The notes beneath the pieces are model-generated. The model was not told the DNA's origin. It ran no database searches and worked only from the letters and a program-made list of their open reading frames with translations. Made by a program: the position numbers and the translations under genes. Shown here in pieces: positions 28,051 to 40,272 of a DNA stretch of 64,000 nucleotides (the stretch's first letter is position 1; every line of letters starts with the position of its first letter). Source of the stretch: Eledone cirrhosa (lineage: Eukaryota); contig OZ024741.1 in assembly GCA_964016885.1 (NCBI GenBank), positions 327,484,001-327,548,000 on the forward strand. Direction: 5' to 3'.

Positions 28051-28706
28051 TAATTGGGCATGCAATCAACACGTCTCATAACAGGCCACCCTTTATTGGA
28101 AACCAATCTCACCATCAACAACAATCAACAGCAATACACAGCAATACACACTTTCTTGAAACAGCCATGCAAGCGACAAATTGGATACTACGTGACAAAA
28201 CAGATTTTACCTTGACTGCAATCAATTTGTCGCAATCACCTTAACCACTGTCATCAAAGTAAGGTCAATGATCATAAGACTACCATAAGCTGTTAAAATA
28301 TATCCTTATTGAAACTTTCCTAGAGTGGATTAATTTATGTATAAAACTGTTCCATAAAAAGAGACAAAACGACAATATTTAACAAGGAACGAAATTGAAA
28401 TTCTACGTACTATCCCCAAAATTGAAGATGAACATTTACAACAAATCTACATTCAGACAAATCGGCATTTTGTCTATATATCATAGCAAACACTGTGATG
28501 GTCTTGGTGGTACTAGACTTGTTAATTGAACCAACAAACGCCAACATGAAGATATCGTGGAAGTTATTTACGATCCCGGGAATATGTGGTGATTTCCACG
28601 AACAATTATAAGTTGGGTTCTAAGAAAAATTCAGCGAATAACCAGGACTGTGAATGCCGGGGTACACTGTATATATATAGAGAGCTACGTATATGTGTGC
28701 TTGTGT

Positions 28707-28774
<68 letters not shown>

Positions 28775-28889
28775 TTATTTACACACGCACACATATACGT
28801 ATCTATATATATGAAACAATACGCAGTCAATATGAACCTGTTTTATTTTTTATATATGAATATATATATATATATATATTTGTATATAA

Positions 28890-29003
<114 letters not shown>

Positions 29004-29020
29004 TAAAATAACAGATTAAA

Positions 29021-29069
29021 GTTTAAGCAAAGAATCACTGCTTTCACCCGTCACGGGATCTTCTGAAAC
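29021..29069 (-). ncRNA. Hammerhead-like motif with U4A core
   Basis: gttt CAGAAGA t-cccg-tga-cggg-t GAAA gca..tgc TT aaac. Confidence 0.55.
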
Positions 29070-30970
29070 TAACAAAGTCAATCTGTGAACGCAGAAGTGA
29101 ATATTTCAAAAAACGTTGCAACCGGAGGAAGACAGGAAGACGATACTTCGGTTCGTGGAAACGTTCCCTGGTAAAGAACGGGAAAAAACGAATATAATAC
29201 GTCATTATTTGGAGCGGTGAAAAACAATTACACGCAAAGACAAAACCACGTTTATGGTATAAAAGAAGTCGTAGACTAATATTCTCTTAGGTGGTTCATA
29301 GAGACGTTCTCCGGCAATGAACGGAAAAAACGAAGATAATACGTCATATGTGGAACGTGCAGAATAATTGCACGTAAAGACAAAACCGCGTAAATGGTAT
29401 AATTGAAGTCGTAGACTAACATCCTAACTAGGAAACCGAATGATTCTCGGCTTCAGAGATAAGAATAAAGTAAATAAAATACAGAGGTAATTGAAATTAA
29501 ATAAATACATACACGCATCCATATACGTAGCATACATAGGTATACAAGCATACATAGGTATACAAATACACGCACATATAAATATGTGTGTTTGTGTGTG
29601 TGCGTGTATACAAATAATTAAATAAACGTATATAAATAAATATATACGTATATAACAAGCGCACACACGTACCTAGATATAAATACGCATATGTTCGGAG
29701 ATTCACGTCAACCAAAACACGAAGTACACATAAACACACACCCTACATACGTACGAACCCGCATACTCACACAGACGCAAAACTCACGTATACACATAAC
29801 CAAAAGCATATGTAGCAGAATATATAAAATATACGCCATAACATATACAATCAGATATACGTAAGAGAAAGTATACGTACCTTCACAAAACATACAGGTA
29901 ATATATACTTACCTATGCAAATAAGTAATGATATAAACATAACATATACTTAGCTACCACATCAAGACGTAAAATATCCGCGTATAGATCGTACTATTCG
30001 TTAGGGTATAATGTGGGGTTCTAATGCAGGAAAGTTTTGTGCAATTTATGTTTACAAGGCGAAATTGCCCCAGGTTTTTAGTTAAGATGTGGACTGTGGC
30101 GTAGAGGATTTCCAGGACCTCAGCGGCGCAGAGGTCACATGGTCTTTTATTTCCGTTATACGATATAGCCCTAGCTAGGATCTCCCAGTGTAACTTAAAT
30201 TGGGTGTGGTTGTCTTTTAGACTCCAGATATGAGCTGAAAGTGACGTCATTTTCCTTCTTAGAAGGGAACGAAAACAATGGGTATGCATGTAAAGACGCT
30301 GCTTGAATCTATTGGCGGTTAACCCTATGTAGGCCCTACGGGATGTGGGTGTTTCATCCTTACATTTGTAGACAATGTTACTAGAGAGGGATTTCCCGGA
30401 TAGGGGCCAATCAACCCGATTCCTACAATTACAGTTAGTACTAACTACAGGGTTGCACGTTTACCTACAGCTAGGTAGTTTAGCTAAATTTGAAGCTGTG
30501 TTGTTATGTGCAAGGATGCTTGTATACCTATGTATGCTACGTATATGGATGCGTGTATGTATTTATTTAATTTCAATTACCTCTGTAATTTATTTACTTT
30601 ATTCTTAACTCTGAAGCCGAGAATCATTCGGTTTCCTAGTTAGAATGTTAGTCTACGACTTCAGTTGTAACATTTACGCGGTTTTGTCTTTGCGTGCAAT
30701 TATTCTCCACGTTCCACATATGACGTATTATCTTCGTTTTTTCCGTTCATTGCCAGAGAACGTCTCTATGAGCCACCTAAGAGAATATTAGTCTACGACT
30801 TCTTTTATACCATAAACGTGGTTTTGTCTTTGTGTGTAATTGTTTTTCACCGCTCCAAATAATGACGTATTATATTTAATTCCACGAACCGAAGTATCGT
30901 CTTCCTGTCTTCCTCCGGTTGCAACGTTTTTTGAAATATTCACTTCTGCGTTCACAGATTGACTTTGTTT

Positions 30971-31019
30971 GTTTCAGAAGATCCCGTTAAGGGTGAAAGC
31001 AGCGATTCTTTGCTTAAAC
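30971..31019 (+). ncRNA. Hammerhead-like motif with U4A core (inverted copy)
   Basis: gttt CAGAAGA tcccgttaagggt GAAA gcagcgattctttgc TT aaac. Confidence 0.55.
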
Positions 31020-31191
31020 TTTAATCTGTTATTTTAATAAATATTTGCTCTACGGTTCTTATATATTTGATATATATTTATCCTTATCGAGCCCTCTTTG
31101 GATTTTAGTCTTCAAATTTATAATTATTACTATATATATATATATATATATACAAAATATATATATATATTTATATATATATATATATATA

Positions 31192-32452
31192 AATTTCTTT
31201 ATTAGCCACAAGGGCACAAAAGAAGGAGACAAATACAAATGTGGAGTTTACATACAGATATATGAAAATAAAACTATTAATACAATAACAAATGACAATT
31301 GAAATCCCCAATAGGGGGGAGATGTTACACAGGGGTTGTACACACCCCGAAAAAATGTACAACCCTCATCTCCAGGAGCACCAAGAGTGAGTACTCCCTT
31401 CCTCTCTTCCTCTTTTTCCTCAACCTAGAGGCTTATATAGAGAGAAGGCCCAACCACTCGGACCATCTTTGCCACATTCACACACTTTTTATAAAATATA
31501 CTGGGGTACAGCAGCTGTCTCTCCATTCTGATTCTTCTTCTAAAATGATATTTGAAACAGAAAAACGAATTAGTTGCTCGCCGGAGAGAAAGGTGTCTGA
31601 CCTCAGCCCTTTTAACCTCGTCCACCATATAACCTCTTTCACCATAGCCATAACACATAGGAAAACCGCCTCTCCCTCGTTTTTGAAGGAGGGTGGCGGT
31701 TTGATCATTACGATGGACTCGGTGCTCAACTGGATTGGTCCCACCCGCGACAATAGTCGTTCTACATAGCCCCACAGCTCGGTAACGCCCGGGAACTGTA
31801 CAAATGCGTGTGTGATGGTTTCCTCGTCGCGCACGCATCTCGGACAGATCTTTTTAGAAGGGTCCCTACTCGGGCGCCCGTGTCTCGAACTGGTAGAGCT
31901 CCTCGGTAGCACTGCCAGGCCAGGGACTTTTGGAAGTTGTCCATTGGTCCCGGGCGGAAGGTCCTACCGAACAGACTGGCCAGTTCGTCCTCCTCTACGC
32001 CTAGAATTTCTCCGAGCGTGTCGTCGCACTTGCTGCGGACCCACCCTCTATAGAATGTCGAAGTGGAGTCTCACCGATCGCCGGATCCGTTTGCCAGAGG
32101 ACTGTGAGCGCCTGATCACATTCGATATGCCAGTCGCTCATTTTCCTCAGTCTTTGCTTGACCCCGGTCTGCAGCTCGGTCAGCAACACGAGTTGTGGTA
32201 AGGCTCGCCTCACGAACGGGGCCCACAACGGTTGTCTGGTGAGGAATACGTGAAGGTGCCGCAGCCTGAGCGCGTATTTGCGCATCTTCAGCCACGGCAA
32301 CCCCAGCCATCCGTTTGAAGGGTGTTGGCAGAAGGGTCTCACCGAAGGAGCCCGTTTTTTCCAAAGGAATTGGAAAAGCACGCGCTCCATTTTGGTGAGC
32401 GTTTTGGCTGGACAAGGCACAACGGTCAAGCGGTAGTAGATGACGGACGCTA
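31192..32452 (-). mobile_element. 5'-truncated Tx1-like LINE (ORF2 3' end), related to 8510-13878
   Basis: MDNFQKSLAWQCYRG.LPVRD, CPRC..DEETITHAFVQ, same 3' end cccttgtgg.taataaagaaat; inserted in (TA)n. Confidence 0.9.
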
Positions 32453-32480
32453 TAAAATATATATTTATATATATATATAT

Positions 32481-33535
32481 AGTGAGTTAGAAACTCAGAG
32501 TAGTCTCTTACAATTAAATAGCTCTAAGGAAAAAGTATTTCCGAGCCGTATAATATAAATGAATATACAAGAGAGATGAACACTAATATAAACATACATG
32601 TGTTCGAATTTCTAAGGACTAGTTTTGCTTGGTTGAATAAATACTAACTGCAGCAATATGGTTTGTCAGACTTAATTTTAAGTAGTAAATTAAGGAAAAT
32701 AACAGACCTATATCTAATAACTGTTTCTACTTTTTGGCACAAGGCCAGCAAATACCCAGTGCATTACTGGTACTTTATTTTATCGACCCCGTAAGGATGA
32801 AAGGAAAAGTTAACCTCGGAGGGATTTGAAATCAGAATGGCAAGGGCCGTAACTCATCTAATAACAGACCTTAATTTACTACTTAAAATTAAGTCTGTCA
32901 AACCATATTGCTGTAGTTAGTATTTTTTCACCCTAGCAAAACTGGTCCTTACAAATTCGAACACATCTGTGTTTATATTAGTGTTCATCTCTCTTGTTTA
33001 TTCATTTATATATATATGTATATATACAATATACTATAATTGAATATAAAAGATAGATAAACACAGATATACATATATATGTGTTAAAATCGTATGGGAC
33101 TCAATATATACCTTTGATATACTCGGTTCCTTCAATTTGTTGAGCTAACCTAAATGTCCAGTAAACTTGGCTGCTATTTTTAGTAGTATACGTTTATGAG
33201 ACACGCTAGGTTCTGATGCCATGTGCGTTATTTTATATACGCACACTATTCAGAGTTTATTAATTTTAAACCCACTGATGAGCAAAGAATTGGTAATCTT
33301 CTTCACTTAAATTACGAAACAGTTTCACCAAAAGCAGTCTGGGTGTTTGGTATATACCCCCTACCCAAGCGAACCTGGTCCCTTACGATTTGAACACATG
33401 CATGTATATATCTGTGTTTATCTCTCTTTTATATTCAATTATAGTATAAGGCTTGGAAAAATCTCTTTCCTTGATCTATTTAATTGTAAGAGACTATTTT
33501 GAATTTCTAACTCAATATATACCTTTGATATATAC
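32481..33535. mobile_element. Cluster of inverted and direct fragments of a non-coding repeat (family K, also at about 1480-1630) with an inserted SINE at 32718-32855 (-)
   Basis: 32555-32695 inverted at 32869-33010; 33035-33100 inverted at 33380-33450; shared gcgaa.ctggtcccttacgatttgaaca. Confidence 0.65.
33270..33344 (+). ncRNA. Hammerhead ribozyme, partly decayed
   Basis: accca CTGATGA g...c GAAA cagttt-caccaa-aagcag TC tgggt; stem I perfect, one mismatch in stem III. Confidence 0.65.
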
Positions 33536-33610
33536 AATATGTATATATATGTATATACATATATATATATATAGAAAGATTTGAATGGATACAGTTTAGT
33601 TGAAAGGAAT

Positions 33611-33727
33611 TTATTGACACGTGTTTCTATAACAGTTACATAACCTAAAACAGCTATCTACAAACTTTTAGTTATGCAGACATTCAATATTTCAATGTTA
33701 TTATTTACTGTCATTTCATCAGAATAA
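33611..33727 (-). ncRNA. Hammerhead ribozyme with extended stem II (downstream pLTR)
   Basis: ttatt CTGATGA a-atgacagt...actgttat-a GAAA cacgtg TC aataa; stem III palindrome ACACGTGT. Confidence 0.85.
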
Positions 33728-34317
33728 TATTACTGAGGACCTATTTAGTTTTTATAGAGAATATTAGGAGGAAGGGGTGAAGTTGTTAGAAGAATAGTTG
33801 AAGGAGTGGTTTTTCGATAGCAGTGAGAATTCTTGGTGGCAGTGATTAATTAGATTCCCATCTGTTGTTTTGACATTTTTTATAGAATATATTATTGGTT
33901 ATTTTTCTAAATCTATAGAAGGATTAGAGATAGTAAAGATATGCGTGGTTGGTTTTGTGTTTGCACTTAACATTCGGACTTAAATTTTTCTTTCAAGTGT
34001 ACGTATTCTTTCACCCACGCATTCACACACAAATATATTTGCACACCTCTACAAAATACATATACTCACAATTCACATATTCATACTTACATATATATAC
34101 ACATGCATACACATATATATACACACATGTATTCATGTACATACATACGCGCTCATGTGTATACATTTTCATACTCAACTTATCTTTATATATACACACG
34201 TATAGACACACACATATATACATACATACTCTAGTCCATGTGTACACACATACACATACATACACATCCATATACACATACATACATACACATATACATA
34301 TACATATATACATATAC

Positions 34318-34348
<31 letters not shown>

Positions 34349-34371
34349 CACATACATATATACACACATAT

Positions 34372-34406
<35 letters not shown>

Positions 34407-34675
34407 AGCACTTTAATACATGAATACACTTACATCTAACTATACACATCAAACATATATATATATTTACTTATTTATATACATTTTCACATATATATAC
34501 ATACTTATGGACGTTTTTAGACACATTCATTATCGCATATTTGTACCTATTCTCATCAGCATATCTTTTCATTATTAGTATGGTAATTTAAGGTTATTAA
34601 TATATGTTGAAAAGAGATTGTTTTTATATTTTTCTAACTAGATTAAGGTTTATATAGTTGGGGGATGTCCCTCTT

Positions 34676-36997
34676 TTATGTAATATTCGGCTTGTAGTGG
34701 GAAAAAAGGGTTTTAGTTCTGTGACGGCAGAATAATGTTCGTTCAATTCTGTTATTCAGCAGTTTCTTCTTGTGTGTGATTATGTAATAAATCTCAAGAT
34801 TACACAATTTGCAGAAATTTTGGCTCCTGGAAAAGCTTTGGGTTTTAGCTAATTTTTCCCATTTTAGGGTAAACTTTTGATTGCTATCCCTGAGCGTCCA
34901 AGCTTTCTCTGCTAAAGTTGTTACATTTCTTTGGCTCTGGTGTTTTATTGAGTAAGAATGCCTATACAGTCGAGATTTAAACGATGTTGCCGTTGATCCC
35001 ACGTAATACCACTCGTTGCCTCCGGATTTAATGGTACACTTATAAATAATATTTTTTTCCCGGCAGTTATTGCCGAGGGGGCAGTTTTCAGGATAGGTGC
35101 AGTTACAGTTGTGTACGTTGGGTTTTCTCTGGAGTAGTATTGCGGACGAACTTAGGTGTGGTTTATTTATGTTCTGTAGTGTATTGTCTACTGTTTTTTG
35201 GGGGTTCTTTGTACTTAAGTTCTTAGTGTTTTCGTTTAACCTTCTAGTATTGATCTTTTTTATGTGTTGTTCAAGGTTTAACGCTGTAGAGTATGACAGT
35301 CTTATAGTGGTAGGGTTTAGGATTTTGTGGTATTTGTGTGATGTGGGAAAATGTCTTTTAATTATTTTAAAGAAGAGTACTGGTAAATTTGTACTAATGG
35401 AGCTATTGTATTCGTGGTTATACCATAAGTACTCTTTGCATCGCTTTCTATTAGTTTTGTTTGTTGGTTTACTGGTGTGCATACTATGGTAGTAAGTGTG
35501 GTTTGGTGTTGTGTTATTATATCTACCTATGTGGGATTTATTTTGGGTGTTTTGATTGTTCCCATCTATGTACTCTATTTTGTTGAGGTAGCCTGCTTTA
35601 CTAAGGGCGTTATCGTAGTACTCGGCGTGTTCCTTAAATACTTGTATGTTAGAAGATAGACCCGAGATTCTAAGGGAAATATTTTTAGGGATAGATTTAA
35701 TTATAGAGATGGGGTGGTTAGACCCAACATTTACGTATTTGAGATTTTCATTCAATTTATGAAACGGTTTAATCAAACCAGAGTTTAAATTGAGTGTGAC
35801 ATCCAGGAAGTTAACTACTTTAAGGTTGTATTCATATGTTATAGTTAGTCCTATTTCGAGTAGTAGTTTTCTTATATCTTTGCGTAGTTTTTCTAGTTTT
35901 TGGTTATTAAGGTTTTTAGCTAGGAGGAGAACATCGTCGCGGTATATTCCGCCGTGGAGATTGCTGAATTTTTCCTGGAGTCTAAAGGCGATAAATAACC
36001 CCACAATATCAGTTATTTCCGCCGAATCGTTAGAGCCCATTGTTATGTCAAAGTTAGAGGGTCTATCTTTACGTACCCAATAACTGTTCTCAAATTTGAC
36101 TATAGTTTTCCTAGCTTCTAATATAATCTTAATTTCATCGTTTGTAAGGTCGGAGTTATCCTTAGCAAACTTAATGGCTCTATTCAAAGTTTCAGGTGAT
36201 ATCGATGAGTAATATTCATCGATATCAAACTGGATAAACTTAGATTTATTCTTATTGCTAATGCTATTAAACCATCTTATTGCTTCTTGGGTCTTCCCCC
36301 AGAGTTTAATGTTAACCTTAGCCTTAATTTGGGGGATGATTCTATCTAAGATATATTTGCTTATTTTACCTATATCTGATTTAGAGGGGCAGATTAATCT
36401 AATTTTAGGGTCATTATCAAAGTTTACCTTGTGGTCCTTAAGATTGAAAGTGGGTACCGCCGGTAAGAGTGGTCCTGTCCTATCTTCGATTCCGAGATTT
36501 TTCACTATTTCGCATGCCTCATCATTGATGTGCTTAAGGGTTACTTCACTCGTTTTTCTATATTTTTTATGTAATTCTTTCCGAATGAAGTTGTTGTATG
36601 TAGTGCAATCCATAGTGTACAGGTTTGATGTTTTGTCCGCTTTTACTACAATTCCTTTGGTGTTTTTAAGGTCGTCCAGTAGTTTTTTTATATCTTTCTG
36701 TAATTTGCTGTTGGTGTTGCGTCCTTTGAATTTAATTTTAAGGATTAAGTTCATAAGGTCCTGCTCAAATGCATCTAATAGTGGGTTGGTGGGTGGGTTT
36801 TTACAAGTCCTAAAACCGAATTTTTTGTTTACACCACTTTCTAATGTTGAGTTCATACGGCTTCTATCATAGTGGAGCGTTTTCCACCTGACACGTCGAA
36901 TGAATTCATTAGTTTTTTGAATCATGCTCAATAAATATTCCTTTCTACCTTGGGTTGGTATGTTTTTGAGTGACATATCCAGGTAGTGTTTTTCCAT
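34676..36997 (-). CDS. PLE polyprotein: reverse transcriptase + GIY-YIG endonuclease, 773 aa
   Basis: ADKTSN, IRLICP, IQFDIDEYYSSI, FDITMGS.DSAE, GGIYRDD, NFLDVTL, SNHP, CNCTYPENCPLGNNC, IIYKC..YYVGST..FKSR..H, CKLC..E, LNNR..CRH. Confidence 0.97.
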   Translation of the reverse strand: MEKHYLDMSLKNIPTQGRKEYLLSMIQKTNEFIRRVRWKTLHYDRSRMNSTLESGVNKKFGFRTCKNPPTNPLLDAFEQDLMNLILKIKFKGRNTNSKLQKDIKKLLDDLKNTKGIVVKADKTSNLYTMDCTTYNNFIRKELHKKYRKTSEVTLKHINDEACEIVKNLGIEDRTGPLLPAVPTFNLKDHKVNFDNDPKIRLICPSKSDIGKISKYILDRIIPQIKAKVNIKLWGKTQEAIRWFNSISNKNKSKFIQFDIDEYYSSISPETLNRAIKFAKDNSDLTNDEIKIILEARKTIVKFENSYWVRKDRPSNFDITMGSNDSAEITDIVGLFIAFRLQEKFSNLHGGIYRDDVLLLAKNLNNQKLEKLRKDIRKLLLEIGLTITYEYNLKVVNFLDVTLNLNSGLIKPFHKLNENLKYVNVGSNHPISIIKSIPKNISLRISGLSSNIQVFKEHAEYYDNALSKAGYLNKIEYIDGNNQNTQNKSHIGRYNNTTPNHTYYHSMHTSKPTNKTNRKRCKEYLWYNHEYNSSISTNLPVLFFKIIKRHFPTSHKYHKILNPTTIRLSYSTALNLEQHIKKINTRRLNENTKNLSTKNPQKTVDNTLQNINKPHLSSSAILLQRKPNVHNCNCTYPENCPLGNNCREKNIIYKCTIKSGGNEWYYVGSTATSFKSRLYRHSYSIKHQSQRNVTTLAEKAWTLRDSNQKFTLKWEKLAKTQSFSRSQNFCKLCNLEIYYIITHKKKLLNNRIERTLFCRHRTKTLFSHYKPNIT

Positions 36998-37201
36998 TGT
37001 TGTGGTTGCGTTTGCTGTGTGGGTTGCTCGACTTTACAGGAGGTAAATATACAGTATTTTCCGTTGTGTTGTAATATAAATATTACACACAGTAGATTAT
37101 CAGCTCACGTAGAGTTTGCTCGACGGTTCCAGTTGTAGTTCCAAAAGTAATCCGGAGAAAAATAGAAAGATTTGAATGGATACAGTTTAGTTGAAAGGAA
37201 T

Positions 37202-37318
37202 TTATTGACACGTGTTTCTATAACAGTTACATAACCTAAAACAGCTATCTACAAACTTTTAGTTATGCAGACATTCAATATTTCAATGTTATTATTTACT
37301 GTCATTTCATCAGAATAA
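37202..37318 (-). ncRNA. Hammerhead ribozyme with extended stem II (upstream pLTR)
   Basis: Identical to 33611-33727, offset 3591 nt. Confidence 0.85.
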
Positions 37319-37908
37319 TATTACTGAGGACCTATTTAGTTTTTATAGAGAATATTAGGAGGAAGGGGTGAAGTTGTTAGAAGAATAGTTGAAGGAGTGG
37401 TTTTTCGATAGCAGTGAGAATTCTTGGTGGCAGTGATTAATTAGATTCCCATCTGTTGTTTTGACATTTTTTATAGAATATATTATTGGTTATTTTTCTA
37501 AATCTATAGAAGGATTAGAGATAGTAAAGATATGCGTGGTTGGTTTTGTGTTTGCACTTAACATTCGGACTTAAATTTTTCTTTCAAGTGTACGTATTCT
37601 TTCACCCACGCATTCACACACAAATATATTTGCACACCTCTACAAAATACATATACTCACAATTCACATATTCATACTTACATATATATACACATGCATA
37701 CACATATATATACACACATGTATTCATGTACATACATACGCGCTCATGTGTATACATTTTCATACTCAACTTATCTTTATATATACACACGTATAGACAC
37801 ACACATATATACATACATACTCTAGTCCATGTGTACACACATACACATACATACACATCCATATACACATACATACATACACATATACATATACATATAT
37901 ACATATAC

Positions 37909-37939
<31 letters not shown>

Positions 37940-37962
37940 CACATACATATATACACACATAT

Positions 37963-37995
<33 letters not shown>

Positions 37996-38715
37996 AGCAC
38001 TTTAATACATGAATACACTTACATCTAACTATACACATCAAACATATATATATATTTACTTATTTATATACATTTTCACATATATATACATACTTATGGA
38101 CGTTTTTAGACACATTCATTATCGCATATTTGTACCTATTCTCATCAGCATATCTTTTCATTATTAGTATGGTAATTTAAGGTTATTAATATGAAATGTA
38201 ACAACTTTAGCAGAGAAAGCTTGGACGCTCAGGGATAGCAATCAAAAGTTTACCCTAAAATGGGAAAAATTAGCTAAAACCCAAAGCTTTTCCAGGAGCC
38301 AAAATTTCTGCAAATTGTGTAATCTTGAGATTTATTACATAATCACACACAAGAAGAAACTGCTGAATAACAGAATTGAACGAACATTATTCTGCCGTCA
38401 CAGAACTAAAACCCTTTTTTCCCACTACAAGCCGAATATTACATAAAAGAGGGACATCCCCCAACTATATAAACCTTAATCTAGTTAGAAAAATATAAAA
38501 ACAATCTCTTTTCAACATATATTAATAACCTTAAATTACCATACTAATAATGAAAAGATATGCTGATGAGAATAGGTACAAATATGCGATAATGAATGTG
38601 TCTAAAAACGTCCATAAGTATGTATATATATGTGAAAATGTATATAAATAAGTAAATATATATATATGTTTGATGTGTATAGTTAGATGTAAGTGTATTC
38701 ATGTATTAAAGTGCT

Positions 38716-38750
<35 letters not shown>

Positions 38751-38773
38751 ATATGTGTGTATATATGTATGTG

Positions 38774-38804
<31 letters not shown>

Positions 38805-39394
38805 GTATATGTATATATGTATATGTATATGTGTATGTATGTATGTGTATATGGATGTGTATGTATGTGTATGTGTGTACACATGGACTAGAGTATGTAT
38901 GTATATATGTGTGTGTCTATACGTGTGTATATATAAAGATAAGTTGAGTATGAAAATGTATACACATGAGCGCGTATGTATGTACATGAATACATGTGTG
39001 TATATATATGTGTATGCATGTGTATATATATGTAAGTATGAATATGTGAATTGTGAGTATATGTATTTTGTAGAGGTGTGCAAATATATTTGTGTGTGAA
39101 TGCGTGGGTGAAAGAATACGTACACTTGAAAGAAAAATTTAAGTCCGAATGTTAAGTGCAAACACAAAACCAACCACGCATATCTTTACTATCTCTAATC
39201 CTTCTATAGATTTAGAAAAATAACCAATAATATATTCTATAAAAAATGTCAAAACAACAGATGGGAATCTAATTAATCACTGCCACCAAGAATTCTCACT
39301 GCTATCGAAAAACCACTCCTTCAACTATTCTTCTAACAACTTCACCCCTTCCTCCTAATATTCTCTATAAAAACTAAATAGGTCCTCAGTAATA

Positions 39395-39511
39395 TTATTC
39401 TGATGAAATGACAGTAAATAATAACATTGAAATATTGAATGTCTGCATAACTAAAAGTTTGTAGATAGCTGTTTTAGGTTATGTAACTGTTATAGAGACA
39501 CGTGTCAATAA
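39395..39511 (+). ncRNA. Hammerhead ribozyme, inverted copy with A14G core substitution
   Basis: GAAA reads GAGA (G at 39497), otherwise as 33611-33727. Confidence 0.75.
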
Positions 39512-39658
39512 ATTCCTTTCAACTAAACTGTATCCATTCAAATCTTTCTATTTTTCTCCGGATTACTTTTGGAACTACAACTGGAACCGTCGAGCAAACT
39601 CTACGTGAGCTGATAATCTACTGTGTGTAATATTTATATTACAACACAACGGAAAATA

Positions 39659-39717
<59 letters not shown>

Positions 39718-40192
39718 AATATATATATATATTGACATATACAAAATATAACAGGATCGATCATATTAACTGCGTAATGTTTTACTGTAATGCTGTGCAT
39801 TCACTTCTTAATTAAAATACTTATGTATCTGTTGCAGCTTATCCCGTCATATGAAGTCAAATAATGTACAAACGTGTTGTAAATCTCGTGTGAATGTGTA
39901 AACTTTAATTAACCCAGAATGTATCAGCTCCATTCAAGCAGTGCTAATTATACTAGAGATATTGTGTTAACTAATTGATTGTAGCAAGTTCACCGAGGAC
40001 AGTATTGTTCTCTAGTATTATTCGTATGAACTGTTTCAATAATAATATAGTGTAACAGCGAAATATCGTTAACATTGATATAGAAGACAATTGGAGATTA
40101 GGAATATCGATCCAATAATTCCAACTGATTCCAACTTCCGTATAGCAAGACGGTAATTAATTTAAATTCTGCTTACTGCTAAATTACTATTA

Positions 40193-40272
<80 letters not shown>

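Larger units (their letters stand above)
33571..39666 (-). mobile_element. Intact, young Penelope-like element (Naiad-like): pLTR-ORF-pLTR plus inverted 3' copy
   Basis: Near-identical ~1030-bp direct repeats 33571-34603 and 37162-38192; uninterrupted ORF; 38193-39666 is the reverse complement of ORF end + pLTR + 5'UTR start; both ends in (TA)n. Confidence 0.97.

Noticed and set aside
34676-36997. Selenoprotein-encoding Naiad PLE (in-frame UGA + SECIS)
   Set aside because: The intact ORF has no in-frame stop, and the conserved Cys positions checked in the other copies are Cys codons; the stop at 21971 is TAA decay
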